This document shows, in pieces, positions 9,594 to 19,436 of a stretch of DNA of 64,000 nt. The stretch is from the IMG/VR virus record IMGVR_UViG_3300046096_000928, positions 28,554-92,553 of that record. One strand, given 5' to 3'. Both the position numbers and the translations under genes were made by a program. The notes beneath the pieces are model-generated. The model worked only from the letters and a program-made list of their open reading frames with translations, was not told the origin of the DNA and searched no databases. Within the stretch, counting starts at the first letter, position 1; the number at the start of each line of letters is the position of its first letter. Source of the DNA: a virus.

Positions 9594-10460
9594 TTAAAAA
9601 TCAATACCAGCTTCGGATAAAGTAGCCATATCTTCAGCAGTTAGATTAACTACCCCATTCTCATCAACTGGGGGGTGTGCATAACTTTTTAACTGAGGTA
9701 AAAAACTATGCGCGTGAGATAAAGTAGAGTGATTGTTAGGCAAAACTAAACTACTGAAATTAGCTTCGGTTATTTTCTCATAACCTTTAACCACAGTAGC
9801 TTCAGAAGTTAAACCATTATTATCACCAGATAACTCTCCTTCTATCAGAGTAGGACAGAAGATAAAGCGAGATGTGAATTTACAAGTCGGTGTTTGTTTT
9901 GGCAAAATTTTACCAGTAATTTGTTCAAACTGTTTAAGACTATCATTAATATATTCAGTATATGCAGTCTTGATCAATGAGTGGGCTTTCCCTTTAGTGC
10001 GAAATACTAAAGGAGTGTCTGATAATAAATTGTTATCTTTATCTACAAATAAGACAACTAAAACACTATACATTTCAAAGTCAGTCTTATTAAAATCATT
10101 TTTTTTGTAGTAACTTACTTTTTTCGTTTCTTTCCCTTGCATTAATAAAGGAGCTGCTACAACCTTAATCTCGTTACTTACTAAAGCGTCTTGATAACCA
10201 TTTAAAATAATCATACGGGGGGTACGACTGAACCACATCTTACCCGTAAATTTCTTTTTATCTTTATCTTTTAGTTTTACATCTTCTAAAGCCCAATTTT
10301 CATCTGGTTTAAAATCTATCGCTTTCGCTATATCTTGATTAATTGCAATCCCATGATTATCACTTTGTGGATTAAATAATTGACAGTGTGGATAGCCTTT
10401 TTGACTTGAAACGAACTCACTTACATCTACACCATAATCGGCAACATTTATTTTAGTCAT
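9594..10460 (-). CDS. DUF5895-like cyanobacterial protein (possible ssDNA-binding/annealing)
   Basis: PHCQ..N, PRM.I, LFVDKDN.LL...P...KG and F..RFIFCP; acidic ...GIDF tail. Confidence 0.5.
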   Translation of the reverse strand: MTKINVADYGVDVSEFVSSQKGYPHCQLFNPQSDNHGIAINQDIAKAIDFKPDENWALEDVKLKDKDKKKFTGKMWFSRTPRMIILNGYQDALVSNEIKVVAAPLLMQGKETKKVSYYKKNDFNKTDFEMYSVLVVLFVDKDNNLLSDTPLVFRTKGKAHSLIKTAYTEYINDSLKQFEQITGKILPKQTPTCKFTSRFIFCPTLIEGELSGDNNGLTSEATVVKGYEKITEANFSSLVLPNNHSTLSHAHSFLPQLKSYAHPPVDENGVVNLTAEDMATLSEAGIDF

Positions 10461-10642
10461 TTTTACTTTTTTGTTAAGAGTTGTTATAACTTCAATTATA
10501 ACAAAAAGCCTTGAAAATAGCAAAGGGAAAAGACATTTTTCTTTAGAAAATATAGAAAAAAGATTAATGCTACCAAAGCTAGGTTGTTTTAAAATTCTAT
10601 GATTGTTATAATTCTAGTTATAATAAATGATAAGGTTAGGTT

Positions 10643-10933
10643 ATGGCAAAAAGAATAATACCAATTGAATTAATGGAGAGGGCAAAACAAAATAATATTC
10701 CAGCAATTACAGTTTACAAAAGAGTACAATCTGGTATCTCTATGAATGATGCTGTAACAGTTAAAGATATTAGAAAATATTTTAAAGAGCAAAATACTAA
10801 TTTAATATCTTTTCATTATGAAAACAAGAAAAAATTAGTCTCAAAAATTAAAACATCCGAAAAAACAGCCTCAGAGTTTATATCCGAAGCCATTAATTTT
10901 TATTTACAATATTTAGAAAACAATGAACAATAA
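10643..10933 (+). CDS. Small DNA-binding protein (HTH plus RHH-like)
   Basis: AKQNNIP.ITVYKRV.SG and SEFISEAINFYL. Confidence 0.5.
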   Translation: MAKRIIPIELMERAKQNNIPAITVYKRVQSGISMNDAVTVKDIRKYFKEQNTNLISFHYENKKKLVSKIKTSEKTASEFISEAINFYLQYLENNEQ

Positions 10934-11093
10934 AATTGCAATTCACCCAACTTTACAGAAGTTTAGAGAAGATACTTACAAGGCTATTATCAGAAACGAA
11001 GCCTTAGCTAAATTAAAACAAAAAAAAATAATTCCCTTTAAACCTAAAGAAGATTAACTATAAAACCTAGCATTTAGCTAGGTCTTTCTCTTT

Positions 11094-11546
11094 TTAATAA
11101 TTTATGCCTTCTATATTTTCTACTTGGTGATCGTATAGTTGAGCATATTCGATTAAGTTATTTACCCCCAAAATATTGAGATATTTATAGACGTGTTTAC
11201 AAGCTACTTTGTTTGTTTTGTAAGCAATCTCTAAAAAAAGATAATCGTTACATTCACATTCAATATGATTTTGCATCGGTACTAAAATATAACTATTAAC
11301 ATTTTCTTTATTATGTGCGATATACTCATTATTCCCGAAGCAATGAATCTCAACTTCATTTACTCTTGCTTTTCTGTTTTTTATAATGACTTTTTTTATT
11401 TGTTTTTTAGTAACCAAAGAAATTTCATCATTTTTTAAAATCACAATACCGACATCACTCGCATCATAAGCAATTTTTCTTATTTCACTTTCTTTGATTT
11501 CTAAATACTGCGATACATTTTTTTTGTTGAAGACTATTTGTGACAT
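11094..11546 (-). CDS. SWIM zinc-finger protein
   Basis: CECND...ACKHV. Confidence 0.8.
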   Translation of the reverse strand: MSQIVFNKKNVSQYLEIKESEIRKIAYDASDVGIVILKNDEISLVTKKQIKKVIIKNRKARVNEVEIHCFGNNEYIAHNKENVNSYILVPMQNHIECECNDYLFLEIAYKTNKVACKHVYKYLNILGVNNLIEYAQLYDHQVENIEGINY

Positions 11547-11636
11547 TTTTCTTATTTACTCTATATTTGTTACCTCTTATTATAACATATATATAATAAA
11601 AAGACAATGTAAAAAAACAGGGATTTTAAAAAAAAG

Positions 11637-11981
11637 TTAGGCAACAAAAATAGAAGTACCAATAACAAGTTTTAATAAATTCCAGTAACTCATGCCATAA
11701 ACAGTTTGTTTGTAATAATCAAGATTTCGTTCAAGTAATTTTAAATCTATACTCCTGCCCTCTTCAATAGCTCTTAACGCACCACCTAAAGTTAGGTTTT
11801 CCATTCTTTCTAACTCCAATCGGTGAGCGGTTAAAAAGCCTTGTGCTATCGTTTTCTGTATCTCGACTGTCCAGATTCTACTTGTTAATAAGGATTCACT
11901 CAAGAGTAATTCAGATGCTACTATTTCATCATCTACATCATTGAATACTGTAAATCTTGTTTTAAATTCAGTTACATTCAT
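11637..11981 (-). CDS. Head-tail connector (DUF4054-like)
   Basis: EFKTRF..F, LTAHRL and Y.QT.YG..YW.L motifs. Confidence 0.7.
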   Translation of the reverse strand: MNVTEFKTRFTVFNDVDDEIVASELLLSESLLTSRIWTVEIQKTIAQGFLTAHRLELERMENLTLGGALRAIEEGRSIDLKLLERNLDYYKQTVYGMSYWNLLKLVIGTSIFVA

Positions 11982-12140
11982 TTTTTTTGTTTTGGCGATC
12001 GCTTTCTATTTTGATTTGTTCATTAATTAAATTCCCAACGGCTAACCAATAACTCCTTATAGCTTCGGTTGTGCTTTTTTCTTTATACTTTTTATATTTG
12101 AACATATACTTTTTATCTTTAAATATTTATCTATTTTAAC

Positions 12141-12188
12141 AAACAGTAAAAAGGCTTCTGGAGTAAATCAGAAGCCTTTTTACTGTTT
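12141..12188. terminator. Long inverted-repeat terminator
   Basis: AAACAGTAAAAAGGCTTCTG ... CAGAAGCCTTTTTACTGTTT just after the 12191 stop. Confidence 0.7.
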
Positions 12189-12190
12189 GA

Positions 12191-12916
12191 TTATTTAATA
12201 ATTGTTAAGGTTGTAGTTTCTGGTAGTTTCACGTTAGGATATGCAAAACGCCAAGCATCATGAGGATAAAGTAGTTGATAAGCATATCTTGCGGACGGTA
12301 CTTTTTTGATTTCTAAATTCATCTTTTCAGAAACCGCTTTTAATCTCCGCCAACTAAAGTTTTTCTCACTTATGTTATTAAATTTGGCTATACGGATAAT
12401 TGAGGAATAATCAAAGAGTTCATCAATTACTTCCGCTTGACGTTCTAAGTCTTTTTCTTGATCCTCAATGATAGATTGTTTAAGCTCATTCTCTAAAGCT
12501 AATCGTTCTTTTTCTTCTTCTTGTGCTATTAAAGCAAGTAAAGCTTCTTTGTAGGTTTTAGGCATTAGTGAAGAAACCTCTTTTAATGCTTTTTCTGCTT
12601 CGATAAAATATTTACGAGTATTTTTCCCTATCGCTGAGCGGGATAACATACAGAGTTCTTTCAAAGCATCACAAGTTAAATTAATTACTTCAGAACCACG
12701 ACCACCAGTGCTTTTCAACATTTTGTTAAAAAGATAATCGGTTTCCTTTTCTAAGTAATTATCTATAGCTCTTTTTGCACTTGCTTTTGTAGCATATCCT
12801 GCTACTTCCCATGCCTCATCAAGATCAACAGGATATTTATTCCCCTCTTTCTCTTTCCTCAACCATTCATCTACAATATTTGAGTAGGACTTGGAATTTA
12901 AACTTGAATCTGCCAT
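12191..12916 (-). CDS. AntA/AntB-like antirepressor protein
   Basis: YPVDLD.AW..AGY, GGR....LT.D.LKELCM, RKYFIEAEK and PKTYKEALLAL motifs. Confidence 0.75.
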   Translation of the reverse strand: MADSSLNSKSYSNIVDEWLRKEKEGNKYPVDLDEAWEVAGYATKASAKRAIDNYLEKETDYLFNKMLKSTGGRGSEVINLTCDALKELCMLSRSAIGKNTRKYFIEAEKALKEVSSLMPKTYKEALLALIAQEEEKERLALENELKQSIIEDQEKDLERQAEVIDELFDYSSIIRIAKFNNISEKNFSWRRLKAVSEKMNLEIKKVPSARYAYQLLYPHDAWRFAYPNVKLPETTTLTIIK

Positions 12917-13035
12917 AATAGATATATCTCCTAAGTTACTTAATTATGTTTAGGTGGTACAGACGTTATTAAAAGCGGATTCTTAATCAAAGCTAAGAGT
13001 TCGCTTGTCTGTTTTTCCTTTGTTTATTGTAACAG
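12917..13035 (-). promoter_or_regulatory. Extended -10 promoter (TGTTACAAT) plus structured 5' leader, type A copy 2
   Basis: ACAGAC/GTCTGT outer stem, AAGCG..TCTTA/TAAGA..CGCTT inner stem, CCTAA...TTAGGAG. Confidence 0.65.
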
Positions 13036-13087
13036 TTTTAGGCTATAATTTACGGTTTTATTGAAAAAAGATTACACGAAAACAGGG

Positions 13088-13193
13088 TTGACATTTTTAA
13101 AGAAGCGGATTATAACGAAGGGTATGTTTCCGAATTTATTTAGTGTATGTTTTGGGAAGCTCTGACTATACATCGGGCTTCCCCTTTTTTTTT
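13088..13193 (+). ncRNA. Candidate ~70-nt small RNA with its promoter and intrinsic terminator
   Basis: TTGACA-17-TATAAC (13088-13116); GGGAAGC...GCTTCCC hairpin followed by T9 on the + strand only. Confidence 0.6.
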
Positions 13194-13482
13194 ATGGTAA
13201 ACTTTCTTCTTCTACAATCTCACTTAATGGCAGTTGACGATCAGGATCAAAAGCGTTATAAGTATTGGCTAAATAAGTTAAAGTTTTGCCTATGTCGGGG
13301 ATTGACTCTCTTACTTCTTTACCTGTTATTGTTACTATTCTAGTCTCTAATACATTAAAACTAGCACTATATTTAATAAATGTTAAAGTTGCTATTGAGT
13401 TGTCATTATCTTGATTGTTTATTTCAAGATTGAAATTAGTCATTAAGGAAATAGATAATAATTGTTTTTCTATATATGGCAT
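13192..13482 (-). CDS. Hypothetical protein in virion accessory operon
   Basis: Last gene of tightly packed 15706-13192 operon. Confidence 0.45.
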   Translation of the reverse strand: MPYIEKQLLSISLMTNFNLEINNQDNDNSIATLTFIKYSASFNVLETRIVTITGKEVRESIPDIGKTLTYLANTYNAFDPDRQLPLSEIVEEESLP

Positions 13483-13484
13483 AA

Positions 13485-14318
13485 TTAATCTGCTACTATT
13501 AGTATTGTAAATGAAGCATCACAGCGAGGAGTTCCATTAGTTGCACCTGGTATCGCTGATACTTTTATTGTTGATCCAGCTTTATATTTCAGATAATTCA
13601 AGTTACTCGAATAATTCTGTCCTATTGCTAGGAATATCCTTTCCTGAAATAAATATCTTGGATTATTATCTCTAGTTAATGTTTTTGTGGTCGCCCTTAA
13701 TCTCACGTCCATTGTGGCTACGAGTGCAGCTACATTCCAATCTAAGAGATAACCTGTATAGCCAACGGGAACAGTAAATCTAGCTGATAGAGACTTATTC
13801 CCATTAGCTACTATTTGTTCATAAATGATGGTAGGAGTGCCTGTTTTTCTTAGATTAATAGTACCAGCCGATACTTCTAAAGAACCCCCCTCAACGGCTT
13901 CCATCCATTGAATGGCTGTTGCTGTAATACCAGTTGCTACAGGAGTAGTTCCATTTAAGTTAATATCAGGCGATTCTACTAATTCACCTAAAGAGTTTAA
14001 ATAAGTTATTCTTACCTTACGAGTGCCAGTGCCTAGTAAAGTATCGTTAGCAGAGGTACTAACAACTTCAAGGGCATCTGAAGTTGTTACAGGGGTAAAG
14101 TTTTGTTGCCCAACCGCATTTGTTAAAAATTCACAAACATCATGAAGTTGAGTAGTATTAACAAAAACAGTTCGGTTTCCTAAAATAGCAAAAATATAGG
14201 CTTGTTTTGTATTTAAGAAACTAGTCGATTGGACTATGTAAGGATCAGCTATTCCTATTGTCTCAATCGGATTTATAGCTACTTGTTGACCGCCAGTTAA
14301 AGTAATAATTCTACTCAT
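13485..14318 (-). CDS. Putative virion structural (fibre/decoration) protein
   Basis: VVSTSANDT..GTG.R.V.I..L motif; Thr/Gly-rich beta composition. Confidence 0.5.
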   Translation of the reverse strand: MSRIITLTGGQQVAINPIETIGIADPYIVQSTSFLNTKQAYIFAILGNRTVFVNTTQLHDVCEFLTNAVGQQNFTPVTTSDALEVVSTSANDTLLGTGTRKVRITYLNSLGELVESPDINLNGTTPVATGITATAIQWMEAVEGGSLEVSAGTINLRKTGTPTIIYEQIVANGNKSLSARFTVPVGYTGYLLDWNVAALVATMDVRLRATTKTLTRDNNPRYLFQERIFLAIGQNYSSNLNYLKYKAGSTIKVSAIPGATNGTPRCDASFTILIVAD

Positions 14319-14321
14319 TTA

Positions 14322-14837
14322 TTACCCAAAATAAATAGGTGCATCAAACTCAAATAAAACTCCGCTTGGTACTCCCACCCCTAATGTTTGCTGAAAATTG
14401 CCTACGGTCTGAGCTGGTGCAGTGGTAGTTGCCAATCCTGCTGTCGTCGCACTTAAAAAGTAAACCGCATCCACATCAGCAGTTATAGAGGTGTTTACTC
14501 CTTTTGTATAAATTGTAACGGTATCACCTATCAAAAAATTAGCTAAGACAAAACCTTTAACCAATTTATTGACATCATTCGCTATTCCTTTTCTCACCGA
14601 AGGAGTTCCGCCGTTATCATAAATATTAACAAAATTACCATCAGTTAAATCTTCAGTAGCGATCGCCGTTTCTACTTGTATTTCAACTCCAGTAGGCATA
14701 AAACTAGAATGTATTTTTCCATTAGAATCAGTAGCAATAATTTTATTAGCATCCCCTGATCCTAATGAAGTCGTGATAGCTGAGACTAATCTTGTAGCAC
14801 CAGTAGTTAAAACTGTCAAAAACTTTAAAGCACTCAT
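14322..14837 (-). CDS. Putative capsid fibre/cement-like protein
   Basis: GDANKII.TD..GKI..S.MP, A.EDL..G.FV, YFLS...G. Confidence 0.55.
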   Translation of the reverse strand: MSALKFLTVLTTGATRLVSAITTSLGSGDANKIIATDSNGKIHSSFMPTGVEIQVETAIATEDLTDGNFVNIYDNGGTPSVRKGIANDVNKLVKGFVLANFLIGDTVTIYTKGVNTSITADVDAVYFLSATTAGLATTTAPAQTVGNFQQTLGVGVPSGVLFEFDAPIYFG

Positions 14838-15310
14838 AATAAAATTGGATTATTTTGTAGTATAAAAATGGATTTATCAGTAATAGGTTTAGCTATGTGC
14901 AATAAAAACACAATTCCGTTATCGATTTCTTGAGTTAAATCACCATTGACACCTAAAAAGATAGGCTTATTTAATTCCCAATTCCAATTATCATTTTCAA
15001 CAAGTCCATAATTTCTTATGGTTGCTGTTAAATTTATTGGTACAGAAAATAAATTAAGTCCTAAGAAACTATCGCTATGAGTTAGGTTACTTGCCTTCGC
15101 TACTTCTAATTGTTTTTGTGCATTAAGAATTACTGGACAATTCAAAGGTAAATTTTCTGCTGCCAAATAAAAGACATCGCTATTGCCAGCTAAATTGAAT
15201 GTATAATTACCATTTTGTAAAACCTTAATCTCATTCTGAATAGGTTTTACAATAACTGGTTCAATTTCATTCTTAACAATTACATTAATAGTTTCTGAAG
15301 TAGTAAACAT
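14834..15310 (-). CDS. Putative capsid fibre/cement-like protein
   Basis: AAENL, WNW....PIFLG.NG.LTQ motif. Confidence 0.55.
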   Translation of the reverse strand: MFTTSETINVIVKNEIEPVIVKPIQNEIKVLQNGNYTFNLAGNSDVFYLAAENLPLNCPVILNAQKQLEVAKASNLTHSDSFLGLNLFSVPINLTATIRNYGLVENDNWNWELNKPIFLGVNGDLTQEIDNGIVFLLHIAKPITDKSIFILQNNPILL

Positions 15311-15706
15311 TTAAGTTACCTCTGGTATAACTTGCACATAACCCCAAGTAGTCCCTACTACTACCCCGTCAGGTGATTCTAATTCTAAATCCCAGACAAA
15401 AGTTTTAGAAACAATTAAATCATCTTCATCCCCTTGATACTTTGTAGGCTGTAGTAATGATGTTTGACTAGCTGTTAATTGCAAAGTTATTAATGTATAA
15501 GGATTATTTAGTTCGTCTAATTCAGGAAAAGTCAAAGGCAAGAAAGTAAAAGATGCTAATTCTATTCCCCCTCTAGATAAAAATGTATTCCTAATTTTTG
15601 CACGGGGATTATATGTTGAAACATCATTAGACCACCATATTGGTAAGGTGTATGTCTTACCTTGTATAATTGCTAAGTTTTCAATAAGGTTGATTGCACT
15701 TGCCAT
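15311..15706 (-). CDS. Putative virion structural protein (Ig-like adaptor)
   Basis: IIQG.T, ITL.LTA.QT, WDLEL..PDG.V, G.V.V.PEVT. Confidence 0.55.
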   Translation of the reverse strand: MASAINLIENLAIIQGKTYTLPIWWSNDVSTYNPRAKIRNTFLSRGGIELASFTFLPLTFPELDELNNPYTLITLQLTASQTSLLQPTKYQGDEDDLIVSKTFVWDLELESPDGVVVGTTWGYVQVIPEVT

Positions 15707-15756
15707 AACTAAATTTGTATTACTTTTTGTAGTCTAACATATCGACAAAATCGTAC

Positions 15757-15785
15757 TTGCTAGAATAAATCAAATAAGATATAGT
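15757..15785 (+). promoter_or_regulatory. Repeated promoter P0
   Basis: TTGCTA-GAATAAATCAAATAAGA-TATAGT. Confidence 0.65.
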
Positions 15786-15813
15786 CAAAAATGAGACTTA
15801 AAGAGTAAAAAAT

Positions 15814-16056
15814 ATGAAAATAAATAGAGTTTGTGAAAAGTGCGGGGGTATTCATATAGTAAAGGCTGGACGTAGTAAATCGAATTATCAGCTTTATCAA
15901 TGTCAGGATTGCCGTCATAAATTTAGTGAAACAGGACTAAAAATAGGCAGACAAAAAATTAATTTTAATTGTACTCAATGCGGGACAAAAGCTATTGCTA
16001 AAGGATTATGCAGAAAATGTTACACTAAATCACTCAATAAAAATAAATTAATTTAG
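15814..16056 (+). CDS. Double zinc-finger protein (IS1 InsA-like zinc ribbon plus second CxxC pair)
   Basis: CEKCG..VKAG....Q.Y.CQDCRHKF and CTQC...GLCRKCY. Confidence 0.7.
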   Translation: MKINRVCEKCGGIHIVKAGRSKSNYQLYQCQDCRHKFSETGLKIGRQKINFNCTQCGTKAIAKGLCRKCYTKSLNKNKLI

Positions 16057-16064
16057 AATGTACC

Positions 16065-16093
16065 TTGACAAAATAAATCAAATAAGAGACAAT
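16065..16093 (+). promoter_or_regulatory. Repeated promoter P1
   Basis: TTGACA-AAATAAATCAAATAAGA-GACAAT. Confidence 0.8.
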
Positions 16094-16135
16094 GACAATA
16101 TAAACAAAAAAACAAGTACACAGAGGTTAAAAATT

Positions 16136-16663
16136 ATGAATAACTACGAATTAAAGTTGAACATCGATATAGCTACTATGAGTTACAGAAAACTACAAAA
16201 AGAGTTGAGACGTTTAAAAGAAACATACGGAGTGACAAACATTAAATTAAATTCAAAAAGAACAGTTTTAGCCGCCGAATATAAAAGACTAATGATGATA
16301 GGGCATGAAGAAAAAGAATCTCCAAAACCAACCTTTAACGATCAAGTAGAAATCGTTGCAGAATTAGTAGGGACTAAAGCTACTAACATTTATCAATTAA
16401 TGCGTGATCCTATCTCTTTAAAAGAAGCGATTGAGATTATGTCTTGCGATTTAGACATTGAACCTTATCAATTTGGCATTCTAATTGAAGATACTTTCAA
16501 CATTTGTGATTTAGATTCCTATCTTAATGCAGAGAATGTTGATTTACATTGTTTTCTAAGAGAGATGGCACAAATGACAGAAAAAGAGGTAACAGCAGAA
16601 TGTGAAGCTAGAAATGCAATTACTTATGCAGAAATAGCAAGAGCTTACGGGATCGCTGCTTAA
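16136..16663 (+). CDS. Early hypothetical protein
   Basis: GAGG SD before ATG 16136; N-terminal motif shared with 17140..17958. Confidence 0.6.
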   Translation: MNNYELKLNIDIATMSYRKLQKELRRLKETYGVTNIKLNSKRTVLAAEYKRLMMIGHEEKESPKPTFNDQVEIVAELVGTKATNIYQLMRDPISLKEAIEIMSCDLDIEPYQFGILIEDTFNICDLDSYLNAENVDLHCFLREMAQMTEKEVTAECEARNAITYAEIARAYGIAA

Positions 16664-16695
16664 AATACGAAAACAAATAATACGGAGTAATAACA

Positions 16696-17028
16696 TTGAT
16701 TGATAAAGCTATTAATAGCTTTATCAATCAATGTGAAAAATTTACTTCCTTTGTTAAAAAAACAAAAGAGCAAGTAATAGAAATGGCAAGTAATGATAGT
16801 ACTATGGAATCTATTTTTGAATTAGTATCTAATGAACAAGGAATCACACAAAAAGAACAAATTAAATCTTTAACTGCTCAGTTTTCTCTTAAAGATTATC
16901 AATCAATCTTATTTGAGATTTTGCCAAACTATACCTTATTTCAATTCTTATTAGATCGGACGGATTTAACTGATGAAGAAGCTTTATCAGAATTAGATTG
17001 TTATCACCAATTACAACCTCCTATTTAG
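16696..17028 (+). CDS. Early hypothetical protein
   Basis: GGAG SD, 110-aa ORF. Confidence 0.5.
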   Translation: MIDKAINSFINQCEKFTSFVKKTKEQVIEMASNDSTMESIFELVSNEQGITQKEQIKSLTAQFSLKDYQSILFEILPNYTLFQFLLDRTDLTDEEALSELDCYHQLQPPI

Positions 17029-17044
17029 ACATAGCTTTAATTAA

Positions 17045-17107
17045 GATTTATTTTGTCAAAAAAATATTTTGAAATACCTTGACAAAATAAATCAAATAAG
17101 AGATAAT
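17045..17107 (+). promoter_or_regulatory. Repeated promoter P2 with upstream inverted copy of its -35/spacer
   Basis: GATTTATTTTGTCAA (17045) is the reverse complement of TTGACAAAATAAATC (17079); -10 GATAAT. Confidence 0.8.
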
Positions 17108-17139
17108 AGTAATATACAAACAAAACAAAAGAAAAGATT

Positions 17140-17958
17140 ATGACTTATAAAGAATTGCAACAAGCATTAAAACAGTTCAAAGTGGAAGGTTTAACATCAG
17201 TTAAGTTAAATGCAAGTCAAGAAGTATTACAGGCTGAATACACTCAAGTAATCGAACAAATAGAAATTGACAAGCAACAACAAACAAAAGATGGTTTATT
17301 AGCAGTTGATCGTTTTATTGAGATTGTAGAAAAAACTTTAACTGTTAACCTTTATTGTGACTATAAGATAAATTGCTCAATGATTTTGGAAAATAAAGAG
17401 ATAACATTTAATGAATTAATTTCAAAAATAGCCAAAGATGCGGACGTAAACAGAATAGATTTACTTTTAGCAGTAGAGCAAAACATGGAATATGATTTTA
17501 GTTTTAATCTGACTGATTATCGTTATAATTCAATTGAGTACTTTTTAGAAGTCTTTATTTTTCATGTAGTAACAATCGAAAAAAGATTAAAAGAAATAAC
17601 TCCCCCCGTTTTAGAAATAGTAACTCCAGAAAATGATCCTTCTTTAGATACGGCTATTAAATCTTTTACAAAGGCTATTAATCATGTATTTAAACGATTT
17701 GGTAGCAATAATTTTACTACTGAGGAATCTTTAAGATTATCAATGGGTAATGAGGTGACAGTCAATGATTTTATTAAATTTCTTAATCTAAACACTGGTT
17801 TTGATCTTACTGAATTTATGGAATACTTAGAATATCATCTTGAGGATCAATACCAATATTTGATACAATATTCAAGTATTGATTATGGTAAATATCCGCT
17901 TAAAATGATTTTACAAGATTTTGCTTATTCTATTGATGTTTATCAGTTAATTGCCTAA
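17140..17958 (+). CDS. Early hypothetical acidic protein
   Basis: MTYKELQ..LK...G.T.VKLN N-terminus. Confidence 0.6.
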   Translation: MTYKELQQALKQFKVEGLTSVKLNASQEVLQAEYTQVIEQIEIDKQQQTKDGLLAVDRFIEIVEKTLTVNLYCDYKINCSMILENKEITFNELISKIAKDADVNRIDLLLAVEQNMEYDFSFNLTDYRYNSIEYFLEVFIFHVVTIEKRLKEITPPVLEIVTPENDPSLDTAIKSFTKAINHVFKRFGSNNFTTEESLRLSMGNEVTVNDFIKFLNLNTGFDLTEFMEYLEYHLEDQYQYLIQYSSIDYGKYPLKMILQDFAYSIDVYQLIA

Positions 17959-17960
17959 TC

Positions 17961-18000
17961 ATTTAAAAGTTACTTAGAAATTTCTAAGTAACTTTTAAAT
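17961..18000. terminator. 40-bp perfect palindrome after stop codon
   Basis: ATTTAAAAGTTACTTAGAAA|TTTCTAAGTAACTTTTAAAT. Confidence 0.7.
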
Positions 18001-18039
18001 CTGCCAAAGAAATAGTAATTAAAAATAAAAGAGTTAAAA

Positions 18040-18387
18040 ATGATTGATTTATTATTTGAAGAAGTTAATAAATTTTGTAAAGTAGATAAGGAACAAATTA
18101 CTAAGCTATATAGACATAAAGATTTGAGAGAATTTCTAAATGAGTTAATCTTAACTACTGATTTTGACTTAACAGACGATTTACAGGCTATTGATTATTT
18201 AAGAAGCAATGATCCTACTTTTAAAAAATCGATTCAAATAGCCAATGAATTAGGTATTTATCCAAAAGAGTATAGTTCCGTATTATTAGCCTCTATTTTA
18301 AAACGTTTCAATATATCTCAAGCAATACTCAGGCATTTTGAACAATTCCATAACGCTTATAAAAAATCAAAATTAGAAAATAAATAA
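18040..18387 (+). CDS. Hypothetical protein
   Basis: 115-aa ORF. Confidence 0.5.
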   Translation: MIDLLFEEVNKFCKVDKEQITKLYRHKDLREFLNELILTTDFDLTDDLQAIDYLRSNDPTFKKSIQIANELGIYPKEYSSVLLASILKRFNISQAILRHFEQFHNAYKKSKLENK

Positions 18388-18394
18388 ATAAAAC

Positions 18395-18967
18395 ATGATT
18401 ATTACTCGTGATTTAAAGGATAACATCGATATATTAAATGACTGTGTTTATTGGCTACAAAATCATAATGAAAATAACCTTGAATATAACCGACCTGTTT
18501 TAATTAGTGGCTGTCGTTTTATAGCCTATCGTTTCCCTAATAATAATGGACAATTGGCGATCGCCAAAGTCTCAACTGGTAATCCTATTATTAATTCCGC
18601 CATAAATATTGTTAATCCGTTTGTGATCGATTTTTATCTTGACTTTGAAAAGGATTACATCATAAACTTCGATCAAGATTTCTCACAAGATTCGATCTAC
18701 CAATCTATCTATAACCTAACAGTTGAGAAAATTAAAAATTTAAAATCAATACTTATTGGTTTTAAATTACAAAATAGAAAAGCCTTAGAATATGCCAACG
18801 ATTTTCTCGGTCGTACATACGCACCTTTATTTCAATTAACTGATTTTCTCGGCAAAAGTTTAGATAAAAATGAGCTGTTAGACATCTTTAATCAGCAATT
18901 GTCAGATGATGATTACCAACTTACGATTAATCATTTAAAAGCTTTTGAAACACCTAAAACTCTATAG
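18395..18967 (+). CDS. Hypothetical protein
   Basis: 190-aa ORF containing a HIP1 site. Confidence 0.55.
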   Translation: MIITRDLKDNIDILNDCVYWLQNHNENNLEYNRPVLISGCRFIAYRFPNNNGQLAIAKVSTGNPIINSAINIVNPFVIDFYLDFEKDYIINFDQDFSQDSIYQSIYNLTVEKIKNLKSILIGFKLQNRKALEYANDFLGRTYAPLFQLTDFLGKSLDKNELLDIFNQQLSDDDYQLTINHLKAFETPKTL

Positions 18968-19013
18968 TTTAAAATGCCTTAAATAATATAAACTAAATTT
19001 AGGATAAAATATA

Positions 19014-19319
19014 ATGTTTTGCATTATTACTTTAATTAATGTTATGGACACTCAAAACAACCCACAATTTAGCATCGAAGATATTGCCTATTTTAAATGG
19101 GATAAATCAAAAGGGCTTATTTTGAGAAAATTACGCACCGAAAAGAATTTAACCATGAAACAATTATCTCAAAAAATATCTTTACTTGGTGTTGAGTGCA
19201 GTGTAGATTATCTTGGTACTTTAGAACACGGCAGAGTTGAAAGTCTCAAAGTGGATAAATTGTTAGCAATAGTACATTGTTTAAATGCTTCCTTTGGTTA
19301 TTTTTCTTCTAAATCATGA
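19014..19319 (+). CDS. XRE-family HTH regulator
   Basis: WDKSKG..LRKLRTEKNLTMKQLS...LEHG; start probably ATG 19044. Confidence 0.8.
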   Translation: MFCIITLINVMDTQNNPQFSIEDIAYFKWDKSKGLILRKLRTEKNLTMKQLSQKISLLGVECSVDYLGTLEHGRVESLKVDKLLAIVHCLNASFGYFSSKS

Positions 19320-19436
19320 ATCTTTTTTTATTTTCCCTTGACATCGTTTTTAAAACACGGCAAGATATTAATATGAGTTAATCAACTCTAAAGAACCTTG
19401 ACATAATCACAAATAATTAAATAAGGAAAGGGCAAG

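Noticed and set aside
15814-16056. IS1 element
   Set aside because: No InsB/DDE domain or terminal inverted repeats seen
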